Source: Klebsiella pneumoniae
GTDB lineage: Bacteria; Pseudomonadota; Gammaproteobacteria; Eutrophobiales; Eutrophobiaceae
NCBI GenBank assembly: GCA_945878555.1
Contig: CAMDWI010000007.1
Coordinates: 67,698-131,697, forward strand
Length of the DNA stretch: 64,000 nt
Direction: 5' to 3'
In this document: one piece after another, positions 10,294 to 20,341 of the stretch
How the letters are laid out: every line of letters begins with the position of its first letter
Position numbering within the stretch: the first letter of the stretch is position 1
Made by a program: the position numbers and the translations under genes
The notes under the pieces: model-generated
Told to the model about the DNA's origin: nothing
What the model saw: only the letters and a program-made list of their open reading frames with translations
Databases searched by the model: none

Positions 10294-12204
10294 TTAGCTG
10301 TTTAAAGCACTGGCTTTTACTCGAACAGCAGCATCGGTTTTCCAGTTTTTCTTTCTTTCTTCCAGCTTCAGTACAATGTCCTTGATCGCGTTTGTCACGA
10401 TTTCGTTCTGTGTCTGATCCGCTTCCAGGCCCCCGCGCCCACCTATGCACTTACCTACCGGAGCTGGTGGTGGCGCAGTACCCGCGCCTAATTCAAGCAG
10501 CAATTCAGCTGTATCAACACGTGGGAGAGTTCTGTCCAGCATGCCATCCGTCTTGTCAGCCAGTGCCATGCTAATTGGAGTTCTTCCGCAGCCGTTGACA
10601 GCATCAATTGCAGCACCCTTCTCTACCAGAAATCTGACCAGCTTGTCTGATCCCAGAAATGCAGCCGCATGTAATGCTGTCCAGCCAGTCTCGGTGGCTG
10701 CGTTGACATCTGCACCCAACTTAATCAGACCTTCTGCAATCTTCAGGGCCCTGTCCTCCTCATCATTCGTCATATCTGCCCTGCGTCCCAGACCGACGGC
10801 AGCCATCAGCGATGTGGCAGTACCAACTATCAGGTTATCTTCTGCAGCGTGACTAATCTGTGCCTTGTAGAGCTGCTCGGTAATCTCGGTTCTGACCAGA
10901 GGATCAGCCCCCCGCTCAAGCAGCATTGCGACGGCATCTGCATCCTGCGAGGCTGTTGCAAGAAAAAACGGCGTGGCATTTCTTAAGGTAAACCACGGAT
11001 TTCTTTGTAATCTCAAAATTTCTGGCGGGTACTTCATTGGTGCGTTCACATCTGCGCCCTTTTCCAGCAAGGCAGCTACCAGCTTGTGCATATTGGGTCC
11101 TGGCAGGGGCTTTTTCGTGTCGTACTTCTTGGCTTCGACCGGATACACTTCAACATTCGGCTGTGTCAAATAAGCTCGCACCTGTTCATTCAGTGTCTCA
11201 TCGGGCCTGCATAGAAATCCCTCACCCCCGAAATTACACCACATCTTCTTGTCAGTAATAATCAGACCGTGCAGTACCTTGATACCATCCCTCAAGGCAT
11301 AATGCAGCGGGGTAATACCATTACCGTCCGTCACATTGGGATTCGCACCATTATCAAGAAAATACAAGGCCAGGTCTTCATGCCCCTGAAAGGTCGCCAT
11401 TAACAGCGGGCTACCATCCGATTCAGAAACAGAGTTTACATCAGCGCCTTTTTCAACCAACAATTTAGCCGTGGCAACATCACCTGCGCGAGCTGCAAAT
11501 ATCAGCGGTGTGTAGCCACCCATCGGTACAGCCTTGATGGTTGAGCCTTCATAACCTTCCACTTCCAGAGGCGTGAAATCTTCCTTCAGCATTATCGTTC
11601 TGGCATTCACGTTGGCACCGTTTTCTACCAGTAACTGTGTAATATCTGGATGTTTGAATGAAATCGCCCACATCAGTGCTGTCTGCCCGCGCCTGGGTTC
11701 ACTTACATTAACATCGGCACCGTGTTCCACAAATAACCTGGCTGCTTCAAACAAACCGGTACGAGCGGCTGTCATTAACAAGGTCTCACCGGCCCAGGTT
11801 GCAATATTGGGGTCAGCGCCTGCCTTCAGTAAGGCTTTCACCATCTCTATGCTGCGGTTTTCCGTTGCCAGCATCAGGGGTGTAACCCCGTAGTCATTTG
11901 CTTTATCGGGATCAGCGCCTGCATCCAGCAAACGCTGTACCGTATCCAGCTTGTCCCAATAAACCGCGTAGGCCAAGGCTGTGGCCCCGTCCATCTGCGC
12001 CGCATTAACATCCACCTTCTTGCTATTCATCAGGGAATCAACACCCACCCAATCCTGATTTTTGGCCGCATCCACCAGCGGTAACTCAGTTTGGGCTTGA
12101 GTAGACATACTTAACAGCACAAATACACCCAACACGGCCAGCCTGCCAAAGATTGTTTTCCCTGAACCAACTACATTCATGCTGATTCTACTCATTGTTT
12201 CCAC
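10294..12204 (-). CDS. Secreted ankyrin-repeat protein
   Basis: Signal peptide; many repeats such as GATALAYA, GVTPLMLA, GQTALMWA, GYTPLIFAAR, GWTALHAAA. Confidence 0.92.
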   Translation of the reverse strand: METMSRISMNVVGSGKTIFGRLAVLGVFVLLSMSTQAQTELPLVDAAKNQDWVGVDSLMNSKKVDVNAAQMDGATALAYAVYWDKLDTVQRLLDAGADPDKANDYGVTPLMLATENRSIEMVKALLKAGADPNIATWAGETLLMTAARTGLFEAARLFVEHGADVNVSEPRRGQTALMWAISFKHPDITQLLVENGANVNARTIMLKEDFTPLEVEGYEGSTIKAVPMGGYTPLIFAARAGDVATAKLLVEKGADVNSVSESDGSPLLMATFQGHEDLALYFLDNGANPNVTDGNGITPLHYALRDGIKVLHGLIITDKKMWCNFGGEGFLCRPDETLNEQVRAYLTQPNVEVYPVEAKKYDTKKPLPGPNMHKLVAALLEKGADVNAPMKYPPEILRLQRNPWFTLRNATPFFLATASQDADAVAMLLERGADPLVRTEITEQLYKAQISHAAEDNLIVGTATSLMAAVGLGRRADMTNDEEDRALKIAEGLIKLGADVNAATETGWTALHAAAFLGSDKLVRFLVEKGAAIDAVNGCGRTPISMALADKTDGMLDRTLPRVDTAELLLELGAGTAPPPAPVGKCIGGRGGLEADQTQNEIVTNAIKDIVLKLEERKKNWKTDAAVRVKASALNS

Positions 12205-12228
12205 CCCATCCCCAAAACCATGTAGATC

Positions 12229-13578
12229 TTATGCTTCGCGGCTCAAATCCAGTTCACCGGTTGACATTCCCAACTCACCACCGAAGCTCTCGGTGGGAAT
12301 ACCGGCCTTGTTCAACATGGCAACATGAAGATTGGCAGTGGGTGTACCTTCCTTATACATGACATGACGGCCACCCTTGATCGCGCCCTGACCACTACCA
12401 ATCAATGCCATCGGTATATTCCATTGGCTGTGGATATCTGCATTACCCATACCGGAGCCATACACCAGCATGGAGTTATATAACAGGGAAGTGCCATCAA
12501 TTTCCTTGCTTGCTTCCATTTTTGCCAGGAATTCGCCCAGTAATTTGGCTGTGTAGACGTTAATATCGCCTGCCATTCTCTTCTTGACTGGATTACCACG
12601 ATGGTGCGTCAGCGGATGGTATGGGTCAGTGTGTCCAAGGGCGGTAAATACAATCTCGCTGTATTCGCGCGCGACCATAAATGTGAACACCCTGGTCATG
12701 TCAGTCTGATAGGCCATCAATATCAGGTCATACATCAGTCGTACATGTTCTTCGTATTCAGGGATACCAACTGGCCGCTTGACGTCAGGGAGTTCCCTGT
12801 CGACTGTTGTCTCTGCCTTCTGGATACGCGACTCAACATCACGCAGTGCGGTTGTAAACTCTTCGAGCTTGGCCTTGTCGTTGGCACCAAGTTTATTTTT
12901 TGTCCGATTAAAGTCTTCCTTCACGAAATCCAGAATACTCTTTTGCTCCTGCAATCGTACCCGTCTGGCCTCAGGATCAGTTCCGGCATCTCCGAACAGT
13001 CTTTCGAATACATCACGCGGACTATGTACCATGGGCAAGGGTGTGGTCGGACCGCTCCAGGAGATCGTGTTCGTGTACGCGGAACTATAACCGCCAGCTG
13101 ACTGCCCCGACAACTCAGCAGCATTTTCAATACATAGCTGGAGAGAATCCAGTGGGGTTCCTTTGCCCAGATGCTTGGCCAACACCTGGTCTACAGAGAT
13201 TCCAGCCCGGATTTCACTCAGTGACTCATTCGGTTTGGCACCGGTCAGGAACATGGCACTGCCACCGACGTGTCCACTGACACTTTCCGCATCACCATTA
13301 TTCAGGTTACTGATTACCAGTAATTGATCACGTACATGCTGCCACTGTCCCAGGATGTCCGTTACTTCGTAGTTCTTGCCGGCCGTGGCGGGGCGAAAGC
13401 GTTCCTGGATAATGCCGTTTGGGCTATACACATAACCCACCCGTAACGGGATACTTTTCAGCACATCAGTCGTTGCTCCCAGAGCAGGCATCATGGCATC
13501 CAAAGCCGGTAGCGCAACCGCCGCACTCAGGCCACGCAAAAATGTACGACGTGGTAGAGACTTTTTGAAAATAATCAT
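12229..13578 (-). CDS. DUF1552 domain protein with twin-arginine-like signal
   Basis: LPRRTFLRG N-terminus, GISVDQVLA, YTNTISW, PRDVFERLFG, DMTRVFTFM; adjacent to DUF1592 gene. Confidence 0.88.
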   Translation of the reverse strand: MIIFKKSLPRRTFLRGLSAAVALPALDAMMPALGATTDVLKSIPLRVGYVYSPNGIIQERFRPATAGKNYEVTDILGQWQHVRDQLLVISNLNNGDAESVSGHVGGSAMFLTGAKPNESLSEIRAGISVDQVLAKHLGKGTPLDSLQLCIENAAELSGQSAGGYSSAYTNTISWSGPTTPLPMVHSPRDVFERLFGDAGTDPEARRVRLQEQKSILDFVKEDFNRTKNKLGANDKAKLEEFTTALRDVESRIQKAETTVDRELPDVKRPVGIPEYEEHVRLMYDLILMAYQTDMTRVFTFMVAREYSEIVFTALGHTDPYHPLTHHRGNPVKKRMAGDINVYTAKLLGEFLAKMEASKEIDGTSLLYNSMLVYGSGMGNADIHSQWNIPMALIGSGQGAIKGGRHVMYKEGTPTANLHVAMLNKAGIPTESFGGELGMSTGELDLSREA

Positions 13579-16031
13579 GATCCTGCCCTCCTCATTTGAA
13601 ATGGTATACTGTTTACTACACCTAAAACGATTGATGAAAACCTGAAATCTTCAGGTGTGGCATGGCGCACAACCTCACGTACTGCCGGCATATCATAATG
13701 TTCAAGCGTGCGGCCCAAGGCGTACGTTAATAACTTCTGCGTGAATGCACTGACGAATATCTCAGGTTCACTTAACAGGGCCTCCTGTAATTGTGCCGGT
13801 CCCTCAAAGGAGATCCCATTCGGGAGTCTGCCTGCTGCATTGATCGGTTTACCTTCATCCTCGGTACGCCACTGGCCGATTGCATTGTAGTTCTCGAGAC
13901 CGAATCCTATCGGATCCATCTGGTTATGACATACAGCACACACCGGGTTGGCCGGATGAATTTCCATCCGTTGACGCAAGGTCAACACCTCTCCTGGAGC
14001 ACCCTTTACATCTTCCAGCGGCGGAATGTTTACAGGCGGTGGAGGAGGTGGCGAGGCCAGAATATTTTCCAGAACCCATTTACCACGCAACACAGTTGAA
14101 TTTCTGTTCGGGTAAGAGGTGATTGAAAGTATACCCGCACGGGCCAGCAGTCCTTGCTGGTCCTTCGCAAGAGTGACTTTTCTGAAACGATTACCGTAGA
14201 CATCATTAATCCCGTAATGTCGCGCAAGTCGTTCGTTCAGGAACGAGTAATCTGCCCGGAAGAGGTCAAGAATGGAACGATCATCATGAAAGATGCTGCC
14301 AACGAACAAGGATACTTCCTTATAGAACGAGGTACGCAACTCTTCATCAAAGTCGGGGAACGCATCCTCACTCTTCTGCGCCTGTGGCAGGTTACGTAAC
14401 AACAACCACTGTTCCGCAAAGTTATTTACCAGTGATTCAGAGCGCTTGTCCTTGAGCATACGTCGCACTTGCTGCTCAAGCACGGCGGGGTCGCGCAATT
14501 TGCCCTGCTCCGCTATGGTCAACAATTCATTATCGGGAATACTACTCCAAAGCAGAAACGACAACCGCGAAGCCAGGGAGAGGTCATCCAGCGCATAGTT
14601 TTCGCCTGGTTTTACACCTTCAGGATCAGTCTCTATCCGGAACAGAAACTCAGAACTCATCAACAAACCTTCGAGCGACTTGCTGATTCCAGAATCGAAT
14701 GAGCCCTTCTTGCGGCCTTCCTCAAAAAGTCCAAGTAACGGTTCCAAATCTTCATCGTTCACCGGACGTCGATATGCCAGACGCGCCTGCTTCGACAAAA
14801 TCTGTCGTGCACAGGCCAGCTCCTCTTTCTTACTTGCCGGCTTGCAAACAAATATCCTTTCGCGGCTGAGGGTTTCACCAACACCACGTGGATTATATGG
14901 ACCTGCGATGGAGACCGTACTCACTGCAGGTTCGGCCCAGGCACGTCCATAGACATCCTTCACTGATCCCTTGTCGTAACTTTCATAATTGGGCTCAGGA
15001 TAAACCACCCCTTCCCACGCAAAGTTTTCCTTCATAAATGCGACTTGTACGGTATGCGTTCCCGCCGTCATAGGGAACCGAACCAGCAAGGCATCGTCCG
15101 CCCTGCGTTCATACATGGATTGTTCTCGATCTGGTGGCAAGGTATCCGACGCCTCACGACCCAAGCCGATACCTACATTTTCACCACCTACGATCATTAG
15201 TTTGACCCGCTTGCCATCAACCCTCACATCAAGACGACTGGGTTTGGCAAGACCGACTATTAATCCGCCGCCAAAGTTTTGCAGATTAATCTTTATCTCA
15301 TATTCGCCATCAACCGGGAACCTGTGACGGACAGCTATACCACCACGGGAGCCAAAAGGCAGATTTTCATCAGTGCGATCATCCTGCAAAAACTTCGGAT
15401 CGACATTATAGAGTTGAATATCAACATTTGTATCAGGGTCACCCACCGCAAGTTTGGTTACTTGCCTGGCAGCTGTCATATATCTTTCCAGCAGGATCTG
15501 CGATACCGATAGCAGATCACCCAGATTATCAAAGCCACCCGAATTATCCGCCGGCAGCGTAGACGCGCCGTCAATCTCCACTGCCAGCAGATCGCGGACT
15601 GCATTCGTATATTCAGTGCGGTTCAGACGGTGTGCCGTTACACTCCTGCCCGGATTCGGGGCAGCCTCGGCCATCTTGTCGAGATTGCCTTTCAGGTAGG
15701 ATGTGAAAGAACTGTAGAATGCCTCTTCAGGCCGGGGCATACCTACTGGTGGCATTGAACGAAGGGAAAGCTTGGTAATGACCTTTTCCCAGACTTGCGG
15801 TTCCTTGCTTAGATCAGTCAAATCGGCCTTGTCCAGCTTCAGAAATGCCGTATTTAGCGTTTCATTATGGCAAGTGACGCAATATTGATTCAACGTCGAA
15901 CGGTATTTGTCTACAGAGTACTCAGAGTTGGTACCGGGGACGCCTTGAGCCTGAGCGTAAGCGGCACTACCCAGACACAAGATAGCGCCAAGTATCGATA
16001 CCGTTCTATTTCCTGCATTCACTGGATACAT
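13575..16031 (-). CDS. DUF1592/1587/1595/1588/1585 domain protein with two c-type heme motifs
   Basis: Signal peptide; CVTCH and CAVCH; RLNRTEYTNAVRDLL, LASRLSFLLWSSIPD, RGKWVLENIL, MDPIGFGLENY, KLLTYALGR. Confidence 0.9.
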   Translation of the reverse strand: MYPVNAGNRTVSILGAILCLGSAAYAQAQGVPGTNSEYSVDKYRSTLNQYCVTCHNETLNTAFLKLDKADLTDLSKEPQVWEKVITKLSLRSMPPVGMPRPEEAFYSSFTSYLKGNLDKMAEAAPNPGRSVTAHRLNRTEYTNAVRDLLAVEIDGASTLPADNSGGFDNLGDLLSVSQILLERYMTAARQVTKLAVGDPDTNVDIQLYNVDPKFLQDDRTDENLPFGSRGGIAVRHRFPVDGEYEIKINLQNFGGGLIVGLAKPSRLDVRVDGKRVKLMIVGGENVGIGLGREASDTLPPDREQSMYERRADDALLVRFPMTAGTHTVQVAFMKENFAWEGVVYPEPNYESYDKGSVKDVYGRAWAEPAVSTVSIAGPYNPRGVGETLSRERIFVCKPASKKEELACARQILSKQARLAYRRPVNDEDLEPLLGLFEEGRKKGSFDSGISKSLEGLLMSSEFLFRIETDPEGVKPGENYALDDLSLASRLSFLLWSSIPDNELLTIAEQGKLRDPAVLEQQVRRMLKDKRSESLVNNFAEQWLLLRNLPQAQKSEDAFPDFDEELRTSFYKEVSLFVGSIFHDDRSILDLFRADYSFLNERLARHYGINDVYGNRFRKVTLAKDQQGLLARAGILSITSYPNRNSTVLRGKWVLENILASPPPPPPVNIPPLEDVKGAPGEVLTLRQRMEIHPANPVCAVCHNQMDPIGFGLENYNAIGQWRTEDEGKPINAAGRLPNGISFEGPAQLQEALLSEPEIFVSAFTQKLLTYALGRTLEHYDMPAVREVVRHATPEDFRFSSIVLGVVNSIPFQMRRAGS

Positions 16032-16314
16032 TTCCCCCCCTAGAAGAATTCACCTGCTTGTAACATCTACAGCTACTGCTACATCACTCCCCCTGAACAA
16101 AAATCGAAACTGCCATATAGATTACTGATCAAAATGACTTGCTGAATTGAAAGCCAAATTAGCTAATACGCGTAAATCAGCCTTCGCCAATTATCACTCT
16201 AGCTGAGTCTACATATCCAGTCAAATTTATCAACACATCATAAATCGAATTTACGTTATTCGAATCAACAAGTTATAAATTCAACTCACAACCGTTCTGG
16301 ATAATCCGTAAACA

Positions 16315-16677
16315 CTAATACAAGATAACGAGACACCATATCACCAAAACATTAAGCAGGGCGAAAAATACGGCAGCTGAACCTACATCCTTTGCCTGAC
16401 CCGACAATTTATGATGCTCACCACCAAAGCGGTCCACCACCACTTCAATACCGGTATTCAGTAACTCCACGATCAGCACAATCAGTAATACACCACATAA
16501 CAACGCCTTCTCTACCCCGGTCTCACCCAGCCACAGACCCAGCGGGAACAGGATGACCGCGAGCGCAAGTTCCTGACGAAAGGCCGCTTCACTGGAAAAC
16601 GCATAACGTATACCCTGCGCCGAATATACGGTAGCCTTGATTACCCGCTCCAGACCCTTGGGACCCTGCGCCGACAT
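16315..16677 (-). CDS. dgkA: Diacylglycerol kinase
   Basis: EAAFRQEL, ELLNTGIEVVVDR, AKDVGSAAV motifs; likely ATG at 16677. Confidence 0.93.
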   Translation of the reverse strand: MSAQGPKGLERVIKATVYSAQGIRYAFSSEAAFRQELALAVILFPLGLWLGETGVEKALLCGVLLIVLIVELLNTGIEVVVDRFGGEHHKLSGQAKDVGSAAVFFALLNVLVIWCLVILY

Positions 16678-16789
16678 ACTGTGAATTCCATTGATGAGAT
16701 ATAAAGATATTATCCGTAATCGGCTGTCTTTTTCCACAGAATGATCATTACAAGTATATTAATACGAGGTGATAACCTCACGGCCTGTA

Positions 16790-16897
16790 CAGCTATCCGA
16801 TGGTGGTTGTGAAAGACCGGGTGCCGCACGGATGCGGCACCCGAGCCTACACGGACGTATTCACGGCGTGTCTTGAACGACCACCATCGGATAGCTG
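16790..16897 (+). repeat. Dispersed structured intergenic element, copy 1 (GGA-loop strand +)
   Basis: Arms CAGCTATCCGATGGTGGTTG / CGACCACCATCGGATAGCTG enclose a core shared with four other copies; loops ACGGAT and ACGGAC. Confidence 0.92.
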
Positions 16898-16963
16898 AGG
16901 GTGTCTCTACGGCAACCTACACCCCACAGCCTGTACCCGCTTGTCTGAAGGTGGTTTTGAAAA

Positions 16964-19246
16964 TCAGTACTCAATCTCCAGCCCCGCATACCAGCTCCGC
17001 GGCATACCCGGCCTTGGCCCGTGAGGCTGACGTGACACCATGTACGCCTCATTAAACAGATTATGCACCCCCGCAAACATCTTCATATGCCCCAGAGGTT
17101 TAAAATACAGTGACAAATCGGCAATGCTGTATGAATCAGTGGTGCCGAACCTGGCATCCGGCACACCCGCACCATTCACCTCTGCCTCCACATTGCTCGC
17201 ACTGGTAAATGTTTCATCGACAAAACTGGCACTGACTGCCCCGCCCCAGTTGGCGAAATCCAGGTTCGTACCGAGACTTAACTGGTATTGCGGTATATAG
17301 GGTACCTTGTTACCTTTCAGACCGAAGCTGAAGATAGATTCCGGGTCAGTTGAGCTGGCATCGTTCTGCTGCTCGGCGTTTGTATAGGTAAATGCGAAAA
17401 AATAACGGTTACTAAACTCCCAGTCACTGGCCAGACCGAGATCGTATGTTCCTGTCAGTTCGATACCGCTGGAGTCCACTTCCCCGAAGTTTTCATCCGC
17501 GCCGCTACCGGCGCCACCGATACTGCTTATCACGATCAGGTCTTCAAAACGGGTATAAAACGCGACCGCCTCGGCCATCAAGGTATTACTGCTATTGGCA
17601 TAGCGCATACCCAGTTCATAACCGGTACTGGTCTCCTCCTCCAACCCTGCCACCGCACCACCCGGGCTAGGCGGAGAGAACCCCATATGCACACCGGCTA
17701 ACGCTTCCAGCTCGGGGCTGAACTCATAAACAATACCAACACCACCGGACATCATGTCCAGATCTGCATTTGCTGTTGTGCCACCAACGCGATTATCACG
17801 GCTCTCAAGGTCGAGCGTCTCATACCGGAAACCGGGCTTGATGATCCAGTCCCCCGTACGCATAGTGTCCTGTACATACACCGCCCACGCACCGGTCTCA
17901 GCCTCACGGTTATCCTGTGTGCCGGGGATGCCGCGTGTGATACCGCTGATAGAACCGTTTACTGACTGGGCGTACACATCGTCCCACTGAAACCGGTCTT
18001 CCACGTCATTGTGATAACGTATACCGACGCCGACTTCATGAGCGAGGCCTTCTGAGTCAATACGCCATTCCAGATCGCTCTGCAAACCCCAGGCATAATA
18101 TTCGCGATTGTTGGCACGGACTCGCAAGCCACAAGCCAGCTCGCCGCGCAGACAGGCCAGACCTGTGCCGGACTGTGCACCTGCCAGTGCGGCCGACATC
18201 TCCAGATTGGCAGCAAGGCCACCGGTGGCTGTTCGCAGGTCATTCAACTTGTACCAGTTACGTGCAAACTCGTTGTAATACGCCGTTGTTATTACATCAA
18301 TTTCTTCAGTCGGTGAAATAAAGTAACGCAGATGAGTACGTGACTGTTCGGTATCGATCGTGTCGTATTGTGACGCGGCATAACGACGATAAGGACTCGC
18401 ACGAAAATCTTCTGTACTCAAACCGAGGTAAGTCTCGTCTGCCTGCTTTTCTGTATAACCGTATTTGAACTCGATCCGCTGGTAAGTATTACTGTGTGGC
18501 TCAAATGCCAGTTTTACCATAGGCTCAATATTATAAAATCCGGTCTCACCATTGATCTCGCGGGCGGCGAGACTGTCGACACGCTTGAATCCGTCAGTAT
18601 CACGTCCATATGTTTCGACCACAAAACCCAGTCTGCCCGCACCGGTATTCAGTGTTTTACCGTAGATACCGTGGATGCGCATATCATTGTCTTCACCGTA
18701 TTGCGCACGCAGAAAAACACGTTGTTGCTCCGGTATCGGGGTGGAGATGTAATTCACGATACCGCCGGTAATATGCGGACCGTACTTGACCTGACTGGAT
18801 CCTTTCAGAAGTTCCAGGCCGTCCATGCGACCTGTTGTGGGTGAATAATAGGCAGCAGGGGCGGCATACGGTGCCGGCGCAGCGAGGATGCCATCTTCCA
18901 TCAAAGTAACCTTGGCACTGCGGGTCGTATCAACCCCGCGCAGGCTCAGGTTCGGAAACAGTCCATAACCGTCCTCCTCGCGGATATATACACCGGGTAC
19001 CTTCTGCAGCACACGATTGATATCGTCATAGGACATATTGCTGATGTCAGCATGATCGACGTAATGGGCCGAGCCGGGGATGTCATATATATCACCCCGA
19101 GAACCAATCACGTAAATCTGGGTGAGAACATCTGCATCGGGCGCGGATGTCTGCTGCTGTGCGCTGGCAGTACTGGATAATCCGGAAACGGCTATAAGCA
19201 GCCCTGATATCAAGCTGCCGGAAACTGCATGTGGCTTCAAATACAT
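16964..19246 (-). CDS. TonB-dependent receptor, FecA-like iron transporter
   Basis: Signal peptide, GVYIREEDGYGL.PNLSLRG, APYAAPAAYYSP, ELLKGSSQVKYGP; Fur box upstream; next to bfd/bfr. Confidence 0.9.
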   Translation of the reverse strand: MYLKPHAVSGSLISGLLIAVSGLSSTASAQQQTSAPDADVLTQIYVIGSRGDIYDIPGSAHYVDHADISNMSYDDINRVLQKVPGVYIREEDGYGLFPNLSLRGVDTTRSAKVTLMEDGILAAPAPYAAPAAYYSPTTGRMDGLELLKGSSQVKYGPHITGGIVNYISTPIPEQQRVFLRAQYGEDNDMRIHGIYGKTLNTGAGRLGFVVETYGRDTDGFKRVDSLAAREINGETGFYNIEPMVKLAFEPHSNTYQRIEFKYGYTEKQADETYLGLSTEDFRASPYRRYAASQYDTIDTEQSRTHLRYFISPTEEIDVITTAYYNEFARNWYKLNDLRTATGGLAANLEMSAALAGAQSGTGLACLRGELACGLRVRANNREYYAWGLQSDLEWRIDSEGLAHEVGVGIRYHNDVEDRFQWDDVYAQSVNGSISGITRGIPGTQDNREAETGAWAVYVQDTMRTGDWIIKPGFRYETLDLESRDNRVGGTTANADLDMMSGGVGIVYEFSPELEALAGVHMGFSPPSPGGAVAGLEEETSTGYELGMRYANSSNTLMAEAVAFYTRFEDLIVISSIGGAGSGADENFGEVDSSGIELTGTYDLGLASDWEFSNRYFFAFTYTNAEQQNDASSTDPESIFSFGLKGNKVPYIPQYQLSLGTNLDFANWGGAVSASFVDETFTSASNVEAEVNGAGVPDARFGTTDSYSIADLSLYFKPLGHMKMFAGVHNLFNEAYMVSRQPHGPRPGMPRSWYAGLEIEY

Positions 19247-19286
19247 CGTCTGACCCTTATTATTATATTGCATATTCTTAACCTAA

Positions 19287-19315
19287 ACGATAAACATTAT
19301 CATTCAATATGTCAA
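19287..19315 (-). promoter_or_regulatory. Sigma70 promoter overlapped by Fur box for TonB receptor
   Basis: Minus strand TTGACA-17 nt-TATCGT with overlapping GAATGATAATGTTTATCG resembling Fur consensus GATAATGATAATCATTATC. Confidence 0.7.
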
Positions 19316-19398
19316 TATAATGTGTAGGGTTATTCCGCTCTATAAATTTTATTTATAGGTTAAACAACCAGTTAAAACGATGACGGGTTCTTGCAGTA

Positions 19399-19605
19399 CT
19401 ACCTGGCGTGGGCTATCGGGGCTTCCATCTGGCTAAGCGCGAGCTCGAGTCGGGAGTGTAAACGCTCTATGACGGTCACGGAACAACGACCGCAGGAACT
19501 GGCCACGTTCAATTTGGCCCTTAACTGCTCAAGCGTGACCGCACCGGCATCTATCTCACGATTGATGTCGGTATCGGTAACGGCATTACATATACAAACG
19601 TACAT
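19399..19605 (-). CDS. bfd: Bacterioferritin-associated ferredoxin
   Basis: MYVCICNAVTD...CGRC 2Fe-2S motif, next to bfr. Confidence 0.93.
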   Translation of the reverse strand: MYVCICNAVTDTDINREIDAGAVTLEQLRAKLNVASSCGRCSVTVIERLHSRLELALSQMEAPIAHAR

Positions 19606-19647
19606 TTTATTTCAGATCAGATCAGTTGACTGCATATGATCATATTA

Positions 19648-19666
19648 CAAATGAGAATTATTAACA
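19648..19666. promoter_or_regulatory. Putative Fur box upstream of bfd
   Basis: CAAATGAGAATTATTAACA resembles Fur box; bfd is Fur-repressed in known gammaproteobacteria. Confidence 0.55.
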
Positions 19667-19720
19667 ACTGTCAGCCAAGCCGGGCAGAATAATGGTTACA
19701 GCCCGGTTTGACAATCATGG

Positions 19721-20185
19721 TTACATCTTCGATTGCAGGTAGTTTTCGAGGCCAATCTTTTCAATCAGACCAAGCTGCGTCTCCAGCCAGTCGATATGTT
19801 CTTCCTCGCTCTCAAGGATATCTTCAAACAGCTCTCGGGAAATGAAGTCCTTCACCGTTTCACAATGGGTGATCGCTTCACGTAAATCCGGCACGGCCAT
19901 CAATTCCAGTTTGAGGTCGCACTCGATGATTTCCTTTGTGTTCTCTCCGATCATCAGTTTACCCATGTCCTGCAGGTTCGGCAGACCGTCAAGAAACAGG
20001 ACACGTTCAATCAGCTTGTCTGCGTGTTTCATCTCATCTATCGATTCTGCATATTCGTGATCGGCCAGCTGTTTCAGGCCCCAGTTCCGGTACATGCGTG
20101 AATGGAGGAAGTACTGGTTGATGGCACTCAGTTCATTTTTCAGCACCTTGTTCAGATAGCTGATTACCTTGGCGTCGCCCTTCAT
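19721..20185 (-). CDS. bfr: Bacterioferritin
   Basis: MKGD...[33 protein letters not shown]. Confidence 0.97.
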   Translation of the reverse strand: MKGDAKVISYLNKVLKNELSAINQYFLHSRMYRNWGLKQLADHEYAESIDEMKHADKLIERVLFLDGLPNLQDMGKLMIGENTKEIIECDLKLELMAVPDLREAITHCETVKDFISRELFEDILESEEEHIDWLETQLGLIEKIGLENYLQSKM

Positions 20186-20341
20186 GATGCTCTCCGGTGT
20201 TGGATTTCAGTATTGTGTAAAGGATAACGGATCGGTGATCATGATGAAAGCTTATCTTGTTTATAACCTGTGAGAACAATTAATATTTCTACTATAATCA
20301 GAAACCAGGCAGTTGGCCTGTCCAGCAGAAGGAGCTGATAT

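Noticed and set aside
6595-16314. DUF1592 module as an active mobile element or prophage
   Set aside because: No integrase, transposase, tRNA site or flanking direct repeats recognised
16790-16897. Element core as a hammerhead ribozyme
   Set aside because: Multi-stem junction and GAAA are present, but the CUGANGA catalytic core is not
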